Positions 26,626 through 38,200 of a stretch of DNA of 64,000 nt are shown here, one piece after another. The stretch's first letter is position 1, and every line of letters starts with the position of its first letter. The notes under the pieces are model-generated. The model did no database searches and was not told where the DNA came from. It saw only the letters and a list, made by a program, of their open reading frames with translations. Where the stretch lies: contig OZ316897.1 in assembly GCA_973895155.1 (NCBI GenBank), positions 18,799,011 through 18,863,010 of the forward strand, read 5' to 3'. A program made the translations under genes and the position numbers. The DNA comes from Marsupella aquatica (lineage: Eukaryota; Plantae; Marchantiophyta).

Positions 26626-26835
26626 GGAGTATTTGCTTGATCAACCCCTAAAATGAAACTTGTTACTTGATCTACCCCCTGAGGTCTATCAACGGTCCAG
26701 ATCTGAGATAGAAAGGTCCATCAACGATCCAGATTAGGGAAAAGTATGAAGGAGGTTGATTAGGCAAACTTTTTCCAAAAGGGGTCTTGATTAAGCAAAC
26801 TTTTGCCAGAAGGGGGTCTACTATGCATATCTCTC
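26626..26835. mobile_element. Mutator-like MITE (210 bp) with 9-bp TSD AAAATTAAG
   Basis: AAAATTAAG at 26617-26625 and 26836-26844. Long imperfect inverted ends (TTTGCTTGATCAACCCC vs GGGGTCTTGATTAAGCAAA) with G...C termini. Confidence 0.8.
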
Positions 26836-27836
26836 AAAATTAAGCCTCGTTAGGGGCCTCCCGCCCAAGGCTAATTTGTTATTCGTTTGATAGCTATGGT
26901 CATCAGCCGACAGAAGCACCCACGAAGCTTACTTTAGAAGACAGTTTCAACTGATTCGCATGGAGAATCTGCGACTTTTCTTACGAACATTTGAAAACCT
27001 TTTCCACATTCCCGTGCCGTCCACGTACACGTACAGAGTACATCCGAAAATCGTGTCCCTCTCGATCGGTACCTCGATCCTTCGGGGATGGAGAAGCTAG
27101 AGTCGGACAACGGTGTAGCGTTAGTGTATGTGGCGCTGTCACCTTTGGGCCCGGGCGATGGACTATGACATGATAGATTGAAGATTATTTCCACAGGAAA
27201 TGGTTGTGGCAGGCTGCGAATTATTAATGCATGAGCTGTGAAGCTGCTCCGCATGGGGTGAGCGATCAATAGTCGTTGAGAGGGTGGCATGACTTTCATG
27301 ATATGTGGATGTAACGGAATTTCCGTGTTGAAAACCAGATATGTCGGACAGAATCTTGAATATAGCCGCTTCCCTCTCGAAGGATACGCCAGTAGGCTAG
27401 CTAGCCCTTGATTCACGCAAAAGTCAGTCAGATTGAGGGTATAAAATTGGCTCGGGTCCGAACTTCGAACATCGAAATAGTCCATGAGTCTGAACTAGAG
27501 CTCAGCTTCCCTACCGATCCTCTCTCTCATCCCTTGGTATTCTCTTGTCTGCTCTAATTAGATCAACTAGCTGCGAGTCTGTTTGATACAACTTCACTAT
27601 TTAGTGATTTTCGTTCGTCTCTGTTCCTGTTTGTGGGAAGGGGATATGATATATTTCTGTATCTGATTGTGTGCAACGTGCATCTGCAGTTGACTGACTT
27701 CGCCCAATGTAACGGGAAACGTAATTTTTTTTCAAGAGAAATTAGAGCAGTAACAGATTGAATCTGGAGCTGTTCACTTGCTGTTCAGTTGCCGTCAATT
27801 TTTCATTTCTCCGTGTTGAATTCGACACGAGAACTT

Positions 27837-28844
27837 ATGGGTCTGGAGGAAAGGACATTGGAGTTGAACTTAATGTCGGCCCAGAATTTGAAGAAAGTCA
27901 AGAATTACGGGCACCAAACTTGCTATGCAGTGGCGTACATTGCTTCGAGCGATAAGAAAGCCTCAAAGGTGGACAAGGACGGGGGCGTCAACCCCACATG
28001 GAACACCAAACTGACCATCACCTGTGACGAAAAGCTTCTGCAGCGTGGCAGCTCATGCATCACGGTGGAGATCTATAGCCATGGCATTTTCAGCAACAAG
28101 CTCGTTGGCACCTCGAAGATCTCTCTCCTTGAAATTGGCAAGCAGGCTGTGGCTGCCGCCCCTCCCAAATTTCTGACGTTCGAGGTGCACAGGCGCTCTG
28201 GTAAGGTGCACGGTGTTCTCCATCTGTCCGTGAAGGTTGGAGAGAAGAGATACATCGCTGTACAAGGTCGCTCTGGAACCCCTTTTCTAGGCTTCTCAGA
28301 GCGCTGCAAAAGGCAGCAACTGCTGGAATCTGCTCCCATTGGCTATCCTGAAGTATTTCCACCAACGACCTCTAGTCCAAAACGAGCAAGTTCTGTGACT
28401 TTATACCCTCCACCAAGAACAGGAGCTGTTACTCCATATCCTGCTCCTGCACCAAAGTTCAGGTACGAATCTAGTGTTGCACATTCAAATATAGCATATC
28501 CACCTCCCACGTCACCATTACGCACCAACATCATGAGCATTCCTAAGGCAGACGAGCCTGTGATGGCATACCCCACATCTGGTCATCGACCTGCGTACCC
28601 ATCACTGCAATATGGTAAACAGTATGGTGGTCAGTATTATGGGTCTGACTATGTGGGCGAGCATCAGTCCTGCTACCCTTCTACCGAACTCACTGCTCCA
28701 AAGAAAAACGAAAAAGTTCACTATTCAAAGCCAACGAGGAGGAGACATGACCATTCTAGGTGCTGTAAGAATAGCAGGGGCACCAGTGGCATGGGGACGG
28801 GTTTGCTTGGAGGGGTACTCGGTGGGCTGTTGCTCGGAGTGTGA
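27837..28844 (+). CDS. SRC2-like C2-domain protein with Pro/Tyr-rich linker and Gly-rich tail
   Basis: ATG at 27837. C2 domain RTLELNLMSAQNLKKV...YAVAYI...KVDKDGGVNPTWN...ITVEIY...KLVGTSKISL...RRSGKVHGVLHLSVKVG. C-terminal GMGTGLLGGVLGGLLLG is typical of SRC2. TATA-like GTATAAAA at ~27439. Confidence 0.88.
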   Translation: MGLEERTLELNLMSAQNLKKVKNYGHQTCYAVAYIASSDKKASKVDKDGGVNPTWNTKLTITCDEKLLQRGSSCITVEIYSHGIFSNKLVGTSKISLLEIGKQAVAAAPPKFLTFEVHRRSGKVHGVLHLSVKVGEKRYIAVQGRSGTPFLGFSERCKRQQLLESAPIGYPEVFPPTTSSPKRASSVTLYPPPRTGAVTPYPAPAPKFRYESSVAHSNIAYPPPTSPLRTNIMSIPKADEPVMAYPTSGHRPAYPSLQYGKQYGGQYYGSDYVGEHQSCYPSTELTAPKKNEKVHYSKPTRRRHDHSRCCKNSRGTSGMGTGLLGGVLGGLLLGV

Positions 28845-29539
28845 TCGGTGACGTACAAATTTTAGACGGAAGATTGAATGCGAATTTTCAGTTGCTATGA
28901 GATTTGCGGTATAGCAGGCTGATCGGAGGGTTCCTTAATTTAATTGTAGGTTGCTCAAGGACGCGATCGATCAGCAATACAATTTAGAGTAGAGACTGAG
29001 TGTCTGAGCAAATGGCTCATTAATTTATTGTAGTCAATCATGTGTATACAATTCCCAATTCGTCTGAGAAATATCGGCCGCGGATTAGCTAGGGAGTAGA
29101 TGCGTGTTCGTAATCTCACTTCTGTCGATGTCAGATGACGAACTTGCCAGCAACACTACATTCTGATCCAATAGGGGCAGGGGCAAATATTGTACCCGTT
29201 TTATTCATTTAAAGGGCTGAACTGAACTCTAGCCCTACGCTTGTGAGGGACACGCAATAGAGAGAATTAGAGAAATATAAAACGGCGCTTTGCACGTGGG
29301 TTCAGACATAAGAGTGTGCTCAAATGGTACAGTACTCTGGACTTTCAAGTTCAATTCTCCGTGTGCCCGATTCAGGAAACACATAATCCACAGCTGTGAA
29401 TCGTTGGTTGGTCAAAGGATTTATTTTGAATTCAGTGAAAGGAGGTTTGCTTTGAATTATCATCGTGCCATTTTCATTCTGATCGGGATTGTAATGGATA
29501 TGTCATGTTGCTCAAGAATGGGTGACTTCTATTATTAAC

Positions 29540-31900
29540 ATATTATATATGAGCCTATGCCCGCCATGCAACGTGCGCAAGGAGGGTCGGCCGACAGGGA
29601 GTTGGGTCGGGGCATTTATGGGGCAGCGTGGGGAAGCACATATGCACCAGGGGTGCCCATTTACTCCATCAGTGAGCTAATTAGGCTCCATTTCCTCCAT
29701 CAATGAGCTAATTAGGCTTAATGTGACAGGGTGCCCATTTCCTCCATCAATGGGCTAATTAGGCTTCATGTGACCCCTGCCACATATTTTCTACAACTCC
29801 AAAATGGAGTTCAGTTACAACACTCCCTTAATGACTAATGCCATTGGAGTATAGCTAAGTCAACAAGAATGTTGACTCCAATCATTCCTTTCTATGACTC
29901 AAAGTTTCTTGATTTGGATGACACTTGTGTAGCTAACATAGTCCTGATATATACAAATAATGTATTAATAGAAGTGCGGTGGCACCTAGGAAGGGCAATC
30001 TGGCATTTGTTGGTTCAGTTACCATTGAGTGCGGGCAAACATTGGGCTTCAAGGAGGTGAGCTTTCAGATGGAAGTTTGGAATCTAAGCATACTTAGAAT
30101 AGAAGATGTGGAAAGAATATTGTGGAAAAAAAGAGCAATGTGGAGTGGAAGAGTAGTGTGGAGAGAAAAAGAGTAGTGTAAATTAAGTGGAAGAGTAGTG
30201 AATGATTCATTGTTGAATTGCTCTCTAAATAGTTGGTTAGGTTTTCAAGGTGAAGAACTATAGTCTGATGTACGTGAAGTTAGGAGAATAGATGATGGGT
30301 GTAAGCAAGAGCCGAGAACAAGAGCCACAACTCCTTTCTTCTAGTGGCCCAATGTTCAAAGGGTGTAGTGGAAAGTTTTTTGAATGAGTCACTTTCTTGG
30401 TGAGAAATGGAAGAAAGTCAAGTCGATGTGGAGAGATTGGAGTTTTGACCGGTTTTGTAACAGTTTTTGTGATCACAATTTTTTGACAGTTTTCTTGATC
30501 ATGTGAGAAATTGAGAAGTGCAGAGAAGTTTCTTAGACTGAAAATTAGGTGGGGAGGAAAGGGCTTTAAGGCTAGACCCAAAAATGTGGATTTTAGAGAT
30601 GAAAAGAGAGAATGATGAAAAGTTAGAGGGCCGGGTCAAATCCCAAATGTCAAAGCTTATGAGGGGTGGTCTTGTGTTGAAAAGTTGATAGGATCAAATC
30701 CCAATAAGAAGTCAAATTAAAGTTATGAAGGGTGGTCTTGAGTTGAAAAGTTGATAGGAAGGTAGCCTAGGGTAAAGGGATATGCAACAAGAAGTGCCGA
30801 TAATAATTATATGGAACGGAGAAGATAAGTATGAGAGTAAAGTGAAAATGGAGAACTACTGTCTAAGGCTTGGACACTTCCCCCTTTTATGTGGCTAATG
30901 GTTCCTTTTATATGGCTAGTGGCCTCTTTTATATGGCCACCAGGTTTCACCATTTTAGTACATTTTACTGAAATTGTGGAGCAAAGTTTCACCCTAGAGG
31001 AGAAGTATGTGAAAATTGGCAAACTCTTGGACACTTCTCCTCTTTTATGGCCAGTGGTGGTTTAAAGCCCCCTGCACTGTCCCTCACAAAACCTCTATCC
31101 ACCAAGTTCACCATTTTTAATACAAATTCTTGAAACTGTCAAGCAAGGGGTGTCTTGCATGTGCAAGAGTCCTGAAAAATGCGACCCTTTGCAGCCCACA
31201 GATGTCAGGAAAAAGTGTGGACCCAGGATCTAAACACAATCACAGTTTACGTGTGAAGTGCGTGCTTATTCAGTTGGATCTACTGCCATTTTGTTTTATT
31301 CAAAGTTCAAAGTTTGGGACCTGGAGAGCGGGACAATTTCTGGCACTTGCCCTTGCATATCCTCCAAAGACACCATCAGGACTGCTGGCTTGTCGCGTAG
31401 TTTAGAGATGCCACGGGTTCATTTGAGGGCCAAAAATCAAAGGACCTTGCACATGCAAGACGGCCCAAAGTTTCACCCTAGAGAAGAATAATGTGACAAA
31501 AAGGGGGAACTCTTGCACACTTTTACTTTTATATGGCCAGTGGTGGTGTTTAAACGAACGAGAGGCCATTTTGCACTTACACACGGTGCACTTGAGAGGA
31601 GCCCAATGTACCCCCAATTCTGTTTGGTGGCAGCGTTTCGAGGTTTTCCCGGTAAACCTGGGTTTGAAATTTCAAGTTCTCATCCTCCTCAATGATCACA
31701 ACTCCGCTCTGTTCTCCTCTATCTCCCCTGACTGAATGTCGTCTCGAGGGATCCGCAGCTGCGCTTCTCTCACAAGTTTTCTCAACGATGAATTCGTCCT
31801 TCCCTCTCGACAACCCCTTCTTCCAGCTGCGCTTCTTTCACAAGCTTTCTCAACGATGAATTCGTCCTTCCCTCTCGACAACCCCTTCTTCCATCCACAG
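29540..31900. repeat. Repeat-rich non-coding block, probably a decayed TE
   Basis: ~31-bp unit CCATTTCCTCCATCAATGAGCTAATTAGGCT x3 (~29657-29765). Duplication at ~30660-30760. ~67-bp tandem duplication at ~31759-31893. Dispersed repeats at ~30984/31468 and ~31045/31528. Confidence 0.55.
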
Positions 31901-32200
31901 CTGCCAATTCCTCATTGATGCTGTGGAATGCCCCGCCATTCCCTCAAGCTCGGGGATGTTTTGCATCACACGGCAATGCTGACACTGTGGTGAGAAGACT
32001 CGACTCCGTGCTCCGTCTTCGCCAAGATCTTTGGCCTTGAGAGCTATGGTTCTGGTTTTGCCACTGGGAAGCAGTGATGACCTCCATCGTGGCTATGTTT
32101 TCGCTCCACGACGAGTTCGGTCAGTGAGGGAGCGCAATATCGTCGATGTCCGTTCAACAGAGGATTTTGATTTTGACAAGGGTAGTCAAGGGTCTTGTTA

Positions 32201-35200
32201 ATGTCATCCAATATTGACGATGTGAGTACGTTCTCGACTCTGCCCCTCAATCCCCTTCAGTTCTGCCGGCACAGAAGATGACTCTGCTGGCTCACCAGTC
32301 CAATTAGCTCACCACGAAAATTGGCTAATTATTCGAATGACTGTCTTGCAATTTAATTGTCGTGTTCTCTGTACAGATCTGTACTGGTTTCTCTTTGGAG
32401 TTAAGAAAATTGAATATGTGGCAATTTCAGGACTTTGATTGGGCAGCTGCTGTGGCGGAGATTGACAAGGCGTGTTTTCGACATGTAGCGGCAGAGAATG
32501 GAGGAGGGGCCGAGGCATCGAGCACTCAGAGCAGATCATTACACCAGAGAACCTTGGACTTTTTCGTTCAGGGAGGAGGGGTGAGGCAGAGCTCTAATGT
32601 GACCAAGGACCGGACCCAACATGGGACGGGAGGAGCTTTGGACTCCTCCCGCCAATGGGGTGGTAATCAGAAGACATCAGGGACGGACTTCAGCACTCGA
32701 GAGGTCTGCCCTGACGACGCAGAGGCTTCCCCGAGTGGATGCCACCTTCCCCTGGATTATGATGCAGCCAAAGTTTGGATATATCCTGGTATGATTGACA
32801 ATCTCTGGTTGTCATCTCGAGCTGAACTGCTGCCCTGTTCTCATTTCCTGTCCCTTGGCTGCCCTAGTTATTTCAGTACTACTTTCTGAAGTTTTTCTGT
32901 TCGAGTTCTTAATACAATTTGACATTTATCGAGGAAAATGATTACTGCAAGGTTGGAATGATTTTCATTGTCACTCACCAGTTGCACCAATTAGCCCGGC
33001 TTACACTCACGGTCTGGTAAATTCTTCAAGATGTCTAATTTTAATACGTCGTTGAACAGCAAACGTACCACGACGGAGCTACCAGTTCAACATTACGAAG
33101 TCAGCATTGTTCTCCAACACTCTAGTTTGTCTCCCCACAGGACTGGGAAAAACCCTGATTGCTGCTGTTGTAATGTTTAATTATTTTCGATGGTTTCCCA
33201 CAGGTAACCAGTGGACAATTCATGTTCTTAAATTACTGGCAGAGTGCAAATGACCGCTTGAATTTTGCAATCTGAATTTCTCTTGAGCTGTCTTCAAGCC
33301 TGTTGCTACCATAAAGGTTCATTCTTTCAAAGCAGTGTGCATATTGTGAGGACGTTTTGAGGCCTGACCCATGTCGATATGTTCTGCCATGAACATTCCT
33401 CGAAAAATGCGTGCGCCTCTACATGTGGGTGTATGTGTCCTAATCGACCGGACTGTGCAGGGAAAATAGTCTTCACTGCACCTTCACGACCGTTAGTCGT
33501 GCAGCAGATAGAAGCTTGTCATAAGGTGACTGGAATACCTCAACATATGACCATTGATATGACTGGTCAAATGAATCCACAGATAAGGGCAGAGCACTGG
33601 CAAAGTAAACGAGTTTTCTTTGTCACACCTCAAGTTCTTGAAAAAGATATTCAGGCCGGTAAGAGTTTAGACTTTTTGATGCATAAATCATTGGCTAGTC
33701 TCTGGCTCTTTGTTGAAGAAACTGGGAAGGGCCCATTCAATTGAATAAGCGTGAATTGGGCAGGTGACTTTCCTCCAACCTGTGCTTTTTGCAGGCAGGG
33801 CTGCAACGAAAAACATAGTATGCTTAGTAGTGGATGAAGCACATCGTGCCACCGGGAATTATTCATATTGTGTAGTTGTTCGCGAGGTGAGTATTCAAGC
33901 TCTGGTCAGTGTTCCACTCATGGCATTCTTCTGCAGTTTTCTTGAAGAGTTTAACAAAACAGATACAAAACCTTTTGTGGTTTTTTTGGGTTTTTTCTGT
34001 CCTGATCCTTGGCTTTGGATCGAGATAGAAGATTTTAGAATCTCTCACCGAGTGTCATCGTTGTTTCCAGCTACTAGCAGCAAAAGTGGAGCCCCGCATT
34101 TTGGCATTAACTGCAACTCCCGGCTGTAAGTTTTTGCCGGGTCATTTAGTTACAGTTCTCTTTTGATTGAAAAAAATCTGCAGGGTTTCATTAGTTTGTT
34201 CACTTCGCGCCCCCCAGCCGCCTCCAACAAACATCTCCCCTGTAATTGATCTGCAGCAAAACAAATTACAATCCAAGCGGTGGTCGACAACCTTCAGATT
34301 TCATCATTGGAGTACAGAGATGAAAATGACCCTGATGTCAGCCAGTATACTCACAGCAGGAAAGTCCAACTCATCGAGGTAAATCCACTCCATTTTGTCA
34401 TTTCCGTATCACTGTAATTCCGTGTCACGTTTGTCGGACTACAGACGATAGTAGAGCTCGAGTTAATCTCAACATCTTGATGTGTGTATTTTTGGCATTA
34501 TGGACTGCAGGTGCCAATGAATGCTGAAGCCACTCAAGTTAAGGACGTATTTATGGAAGTGCTACAACCTATTGTGCATAGACTTTGTTATCTTGGTGTA
34601 TTCTACGGTCGAGATATTTCAAAAGTAAGTGGGCCTCTCCTGTGATTGATTGTAGAGAGGCCATTGTAGACTGCCAATCCTCTGTTTGGTCTTATTGTGG
34701 CATGTTCTCGGTAACAACTAGCTCTGCTCTCAGATTGTACTTCCTCGCTCCAGTGTCTCACAATTCTCTCCCCAGATGCTCTGCTTCCTGGATAAGCTGG
34801 ACTCTAGCCTGCTCCTGAAGTCGCTCGTCTCCAATGTGCAGCTCACACCATATGAATTTCTTACGGCAAGAGACAAATTTCGGCAAGAGCCTCCACAAAA
34901 TCTTCAGCAAAGTAAATATCACGAAGTTGAGAACTACTTTGGACTGGCGATGACGCTCTTCCACGTATTTAAACTACTTATTACTCATGGCATGCGACCT
35001 GCCTTTGAGATGCTTCGACAGAAATTGGAGCATGGGTGGAGCCCAAACCTGTGCTTGAACTTCAACTTCTTGATGAGAAGGATTGGTGTCTTGAATCTGA
35101 CAATCCTACAGTTGTGGAGATCAGCATGACTCAGCATGCTTTGTCTTCGTTTGCTACTTGCAATGCTTATTTCTACAAGTTGCTTAGAACCTAAATAAGG

Positions 35201-38200
35201 AAGCAAGTTTGCATTGATGAAACCCCAAGGCATTGGATTTAAGTCAAGTTTCCCACAAAATTTAACACTGAAAAATCACATTTTACAATTTTAGGCGGTT
35301 TTGTTGTAACTTGATGTGAAATGGAATGCTCACAAGGTGCAAGACTTTGTTCCATTTGAACCGTAATTAGCAAACCACGTCCTCAAGATGTTACCTTGAT
35401 TAAAGAAAATCTAACGAAGGAGAAGCTCAGCTGATTACAAATATATGACGGACGGGATATTCTAATTGTTTTCTTGCTGTGGGTAATCAGTATTCTGAAA
35501 AGGCTTGCCAAGAATGAAAAGCTGCTCCAAGTTCAGAATCTGATGAAGCAGAGTATTGGCCATGGAGCGCCCAACCCCAAACTGGATAAAGTAGTTGATA
35601 TCGTCAATGATCATTTCAGTAAGTTTGGATGTCTTGTTCGTCGGAACTTCATAGCCTCACTCCAATTAGTTGTGTTTCGGGGACACCTGAGACATCTAGG
35701 TGTTGGAAATCACATTTGGAACAGTGATTGAACTTGCCTTGGTTCGGAACAATTGATCAAGTATGTTGATGATCGTGTTATCTATTGTGCTTGGATCAGG
35801 GCTACATGATGCAGCGAGCACGCGAGTGATCATCTTCACAAACTTCAGAGAAAGCGTCAAGTAGGGAATCAGTCCATTCGTCCGTAGACGTCAGTATAGT
35901 TCTGCTTTGAATGACGCTAGGATCTATCTGGTTTTCGGTATTTCAATTCATTGCGGATTTATCCTTAGCAAATATGAGAATTAGAAATGCAATAGTACCG
36001 TTGATTATTCGTTCATGACACTTCCTTGAAGTTGGGCGTCGGGCTTGGTCCTGTAAAGGGATCTCTTCGGGACACATACTACTGTTATCGGTAGTCCTAT
36101 TGTTGGCTAAATTGTCAATAGTTTGGTGTCAATTATGATATTGGCTTGTGAGTCAGTTCAATTCTGTGAGGCGGCCATTAAGGTTGCTATTCTGTCGTGG
36201 TTCCCAGAGATATAATGGACAAACTGGCAGCATCTTGTGACAGTGTGAAAGCAATGGAATTTATCGGTCAAAGCTCGGGTAAGTCACATTCCTCCCCAAC
36301 CATTTCCTGTTTTATCTTGTCGTAACAGTCGAGATCAGTATCTAGTGGTCCCCCTTTTTTCAGTATACATTTTGCCTTTGTAGCCGGGCCACAAAGGCAA
36401 CATAGGCCACAACGGCGGGGACCAGTTAACAATGACCGCACTGAACCTAATCCTAAGGATAGGGAAGGCAAAAAAGGAAAGCCCTCCCATATAACCCAGA
36501 AGAAAAATGGAACACGACAGGGCAACGACAGTCCCTTGGGAACCAGAACTGGGCAGACCACAAGGAACTTGAGTACACGATAGCCCCATAACAGCCAACC
36601 ATTTGAGTGAACTATAGCTAGTCAATCGAAAGCAGTATACATTTGATGTTCTACCGCACGAAGCATTCTTCTGCAGAGGCGGTTTGTGTATATTGTGCTA
36701 ACGAAAGTTTCACGATTATTGCAGGGAAAACATCCAAGGGACAAACCCAGAAAACTCAGCAAGCTGTTCTCCAGGTTCTTCCCCCATCACTAGTTTTCTC
36801 AAAAGAAGGAACTAGCATCTCCTTGTTTGGGATTTGCGTTTTGGGTGGGGGCAAGGGGGGCGGCGGGGTTGTTTGTATGTCATCTGTGATTGAATGATTC
36901 ACTAACTGCAGCTCATAATTTGAAAACTGTCCTAGGTGACATTTCTTAGTCCAAATTCCCAATTCCTGACTTTTCAATCTGTGGGGATTACAGAGGTTTC
37001 GAGGAGGATGCTACAACACAATTGTGGCTACTTCTATAGCTGAGGAGGGTTTAGACATCATGGAGGTAGACCTTGTGATATGCTTTGATGCTAACATCTC
37101 ACCCCTGCGCATGATTCAACGAATGGGAAGAACTGGAAGGAAGCGTGACGGCCGAGTTGATATCCTTGCACTGGCACTGGCACTAAAACTGAAGTTTAGT
37201 TTCTGATTTTCTGATGATTGGATATGCATGATGGGAAGTGAATAGTCCTTGAGCACCAGTGTCAATCTACTTATCTGTTGCATTTACTCCACTGTATTTA
37301 TGACGTCATATATAAAATGCACGACACGTATATCCTAGAGGGCTTTTTTTGTTTAATCCTGAGAACACTGGGGTCAAAGTTTTGATAGAAATTATGTATT
37401 CGAGTTTCTTGTGCTGACTACTATTCTTTCCTATAGTAAGAAACAATCGCTACAACTCCAAAACAATATCTTGGAGGATATGAACTTGAACATCTGTTGT
37501 GGGGTGGGGACAGTCCTGTTTTTCTTTTCTTTTTGAACACAAGTGAGCCTTGACTGGCAACGCACTTGTCCTCGCTTCATCAGGATCAGAAGTTCAGGGC
37601 TACTTGAAAAAGCAATCAAAGAGCAAGGCCCTTGGTAAGCATATGCTTAATGGAGGCCTTCAAAGCTTCAACTTTCATGCAAGTCATCATATGGTATTTT
37701 TCTCCCTTGGATGACTCCTTTGACACTTAGTCCATTGAATTCTCTTGCAAATATTAAAATGCGTCCTAATGTTCCCGATGGCTTTCTGTAATTACTTTCG
37801 CCTTTGGATTTCCGTTTGCATGCAGATTCCACACAGCCTGCGAACGTCTGTTCAGTTATTGGAATTGTCCATAGAGGACTTCGTGCCTCGTGGACGCAAG
37901 CAGAAGGAAAAAGATCCGACTGCTGGAGGCCCTAGGAAGCTCACTGAAAAGGAACTTAAAAAAGTGCAAGCAATCCAAGCAATACCAGATCTGACTCCAC
38001 TAGAAGATCGTGTCAACAAGTTTTTTGCGAGCCCAGTTTATCAAGTGAAACACTCGAAACGTAGCTGTTTGCTGATGGACTGTCTACAAACCCTAGGCAT
38101 ACGACCGCATTCGACTACCAAAGAGGGAATCTCAACACATAAGGTATCACCTGAACAGTGGACCCAATATCCTACCAGTCAAGGAGGATAAGTTCCCCAG

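Noticed and set aside
26934-27485. 183-aa minus-strand ORF upstream of the C2 gene
   Set aside because: It overlaps the probable promoter and has no motifs, so it is likely a chance ORF.
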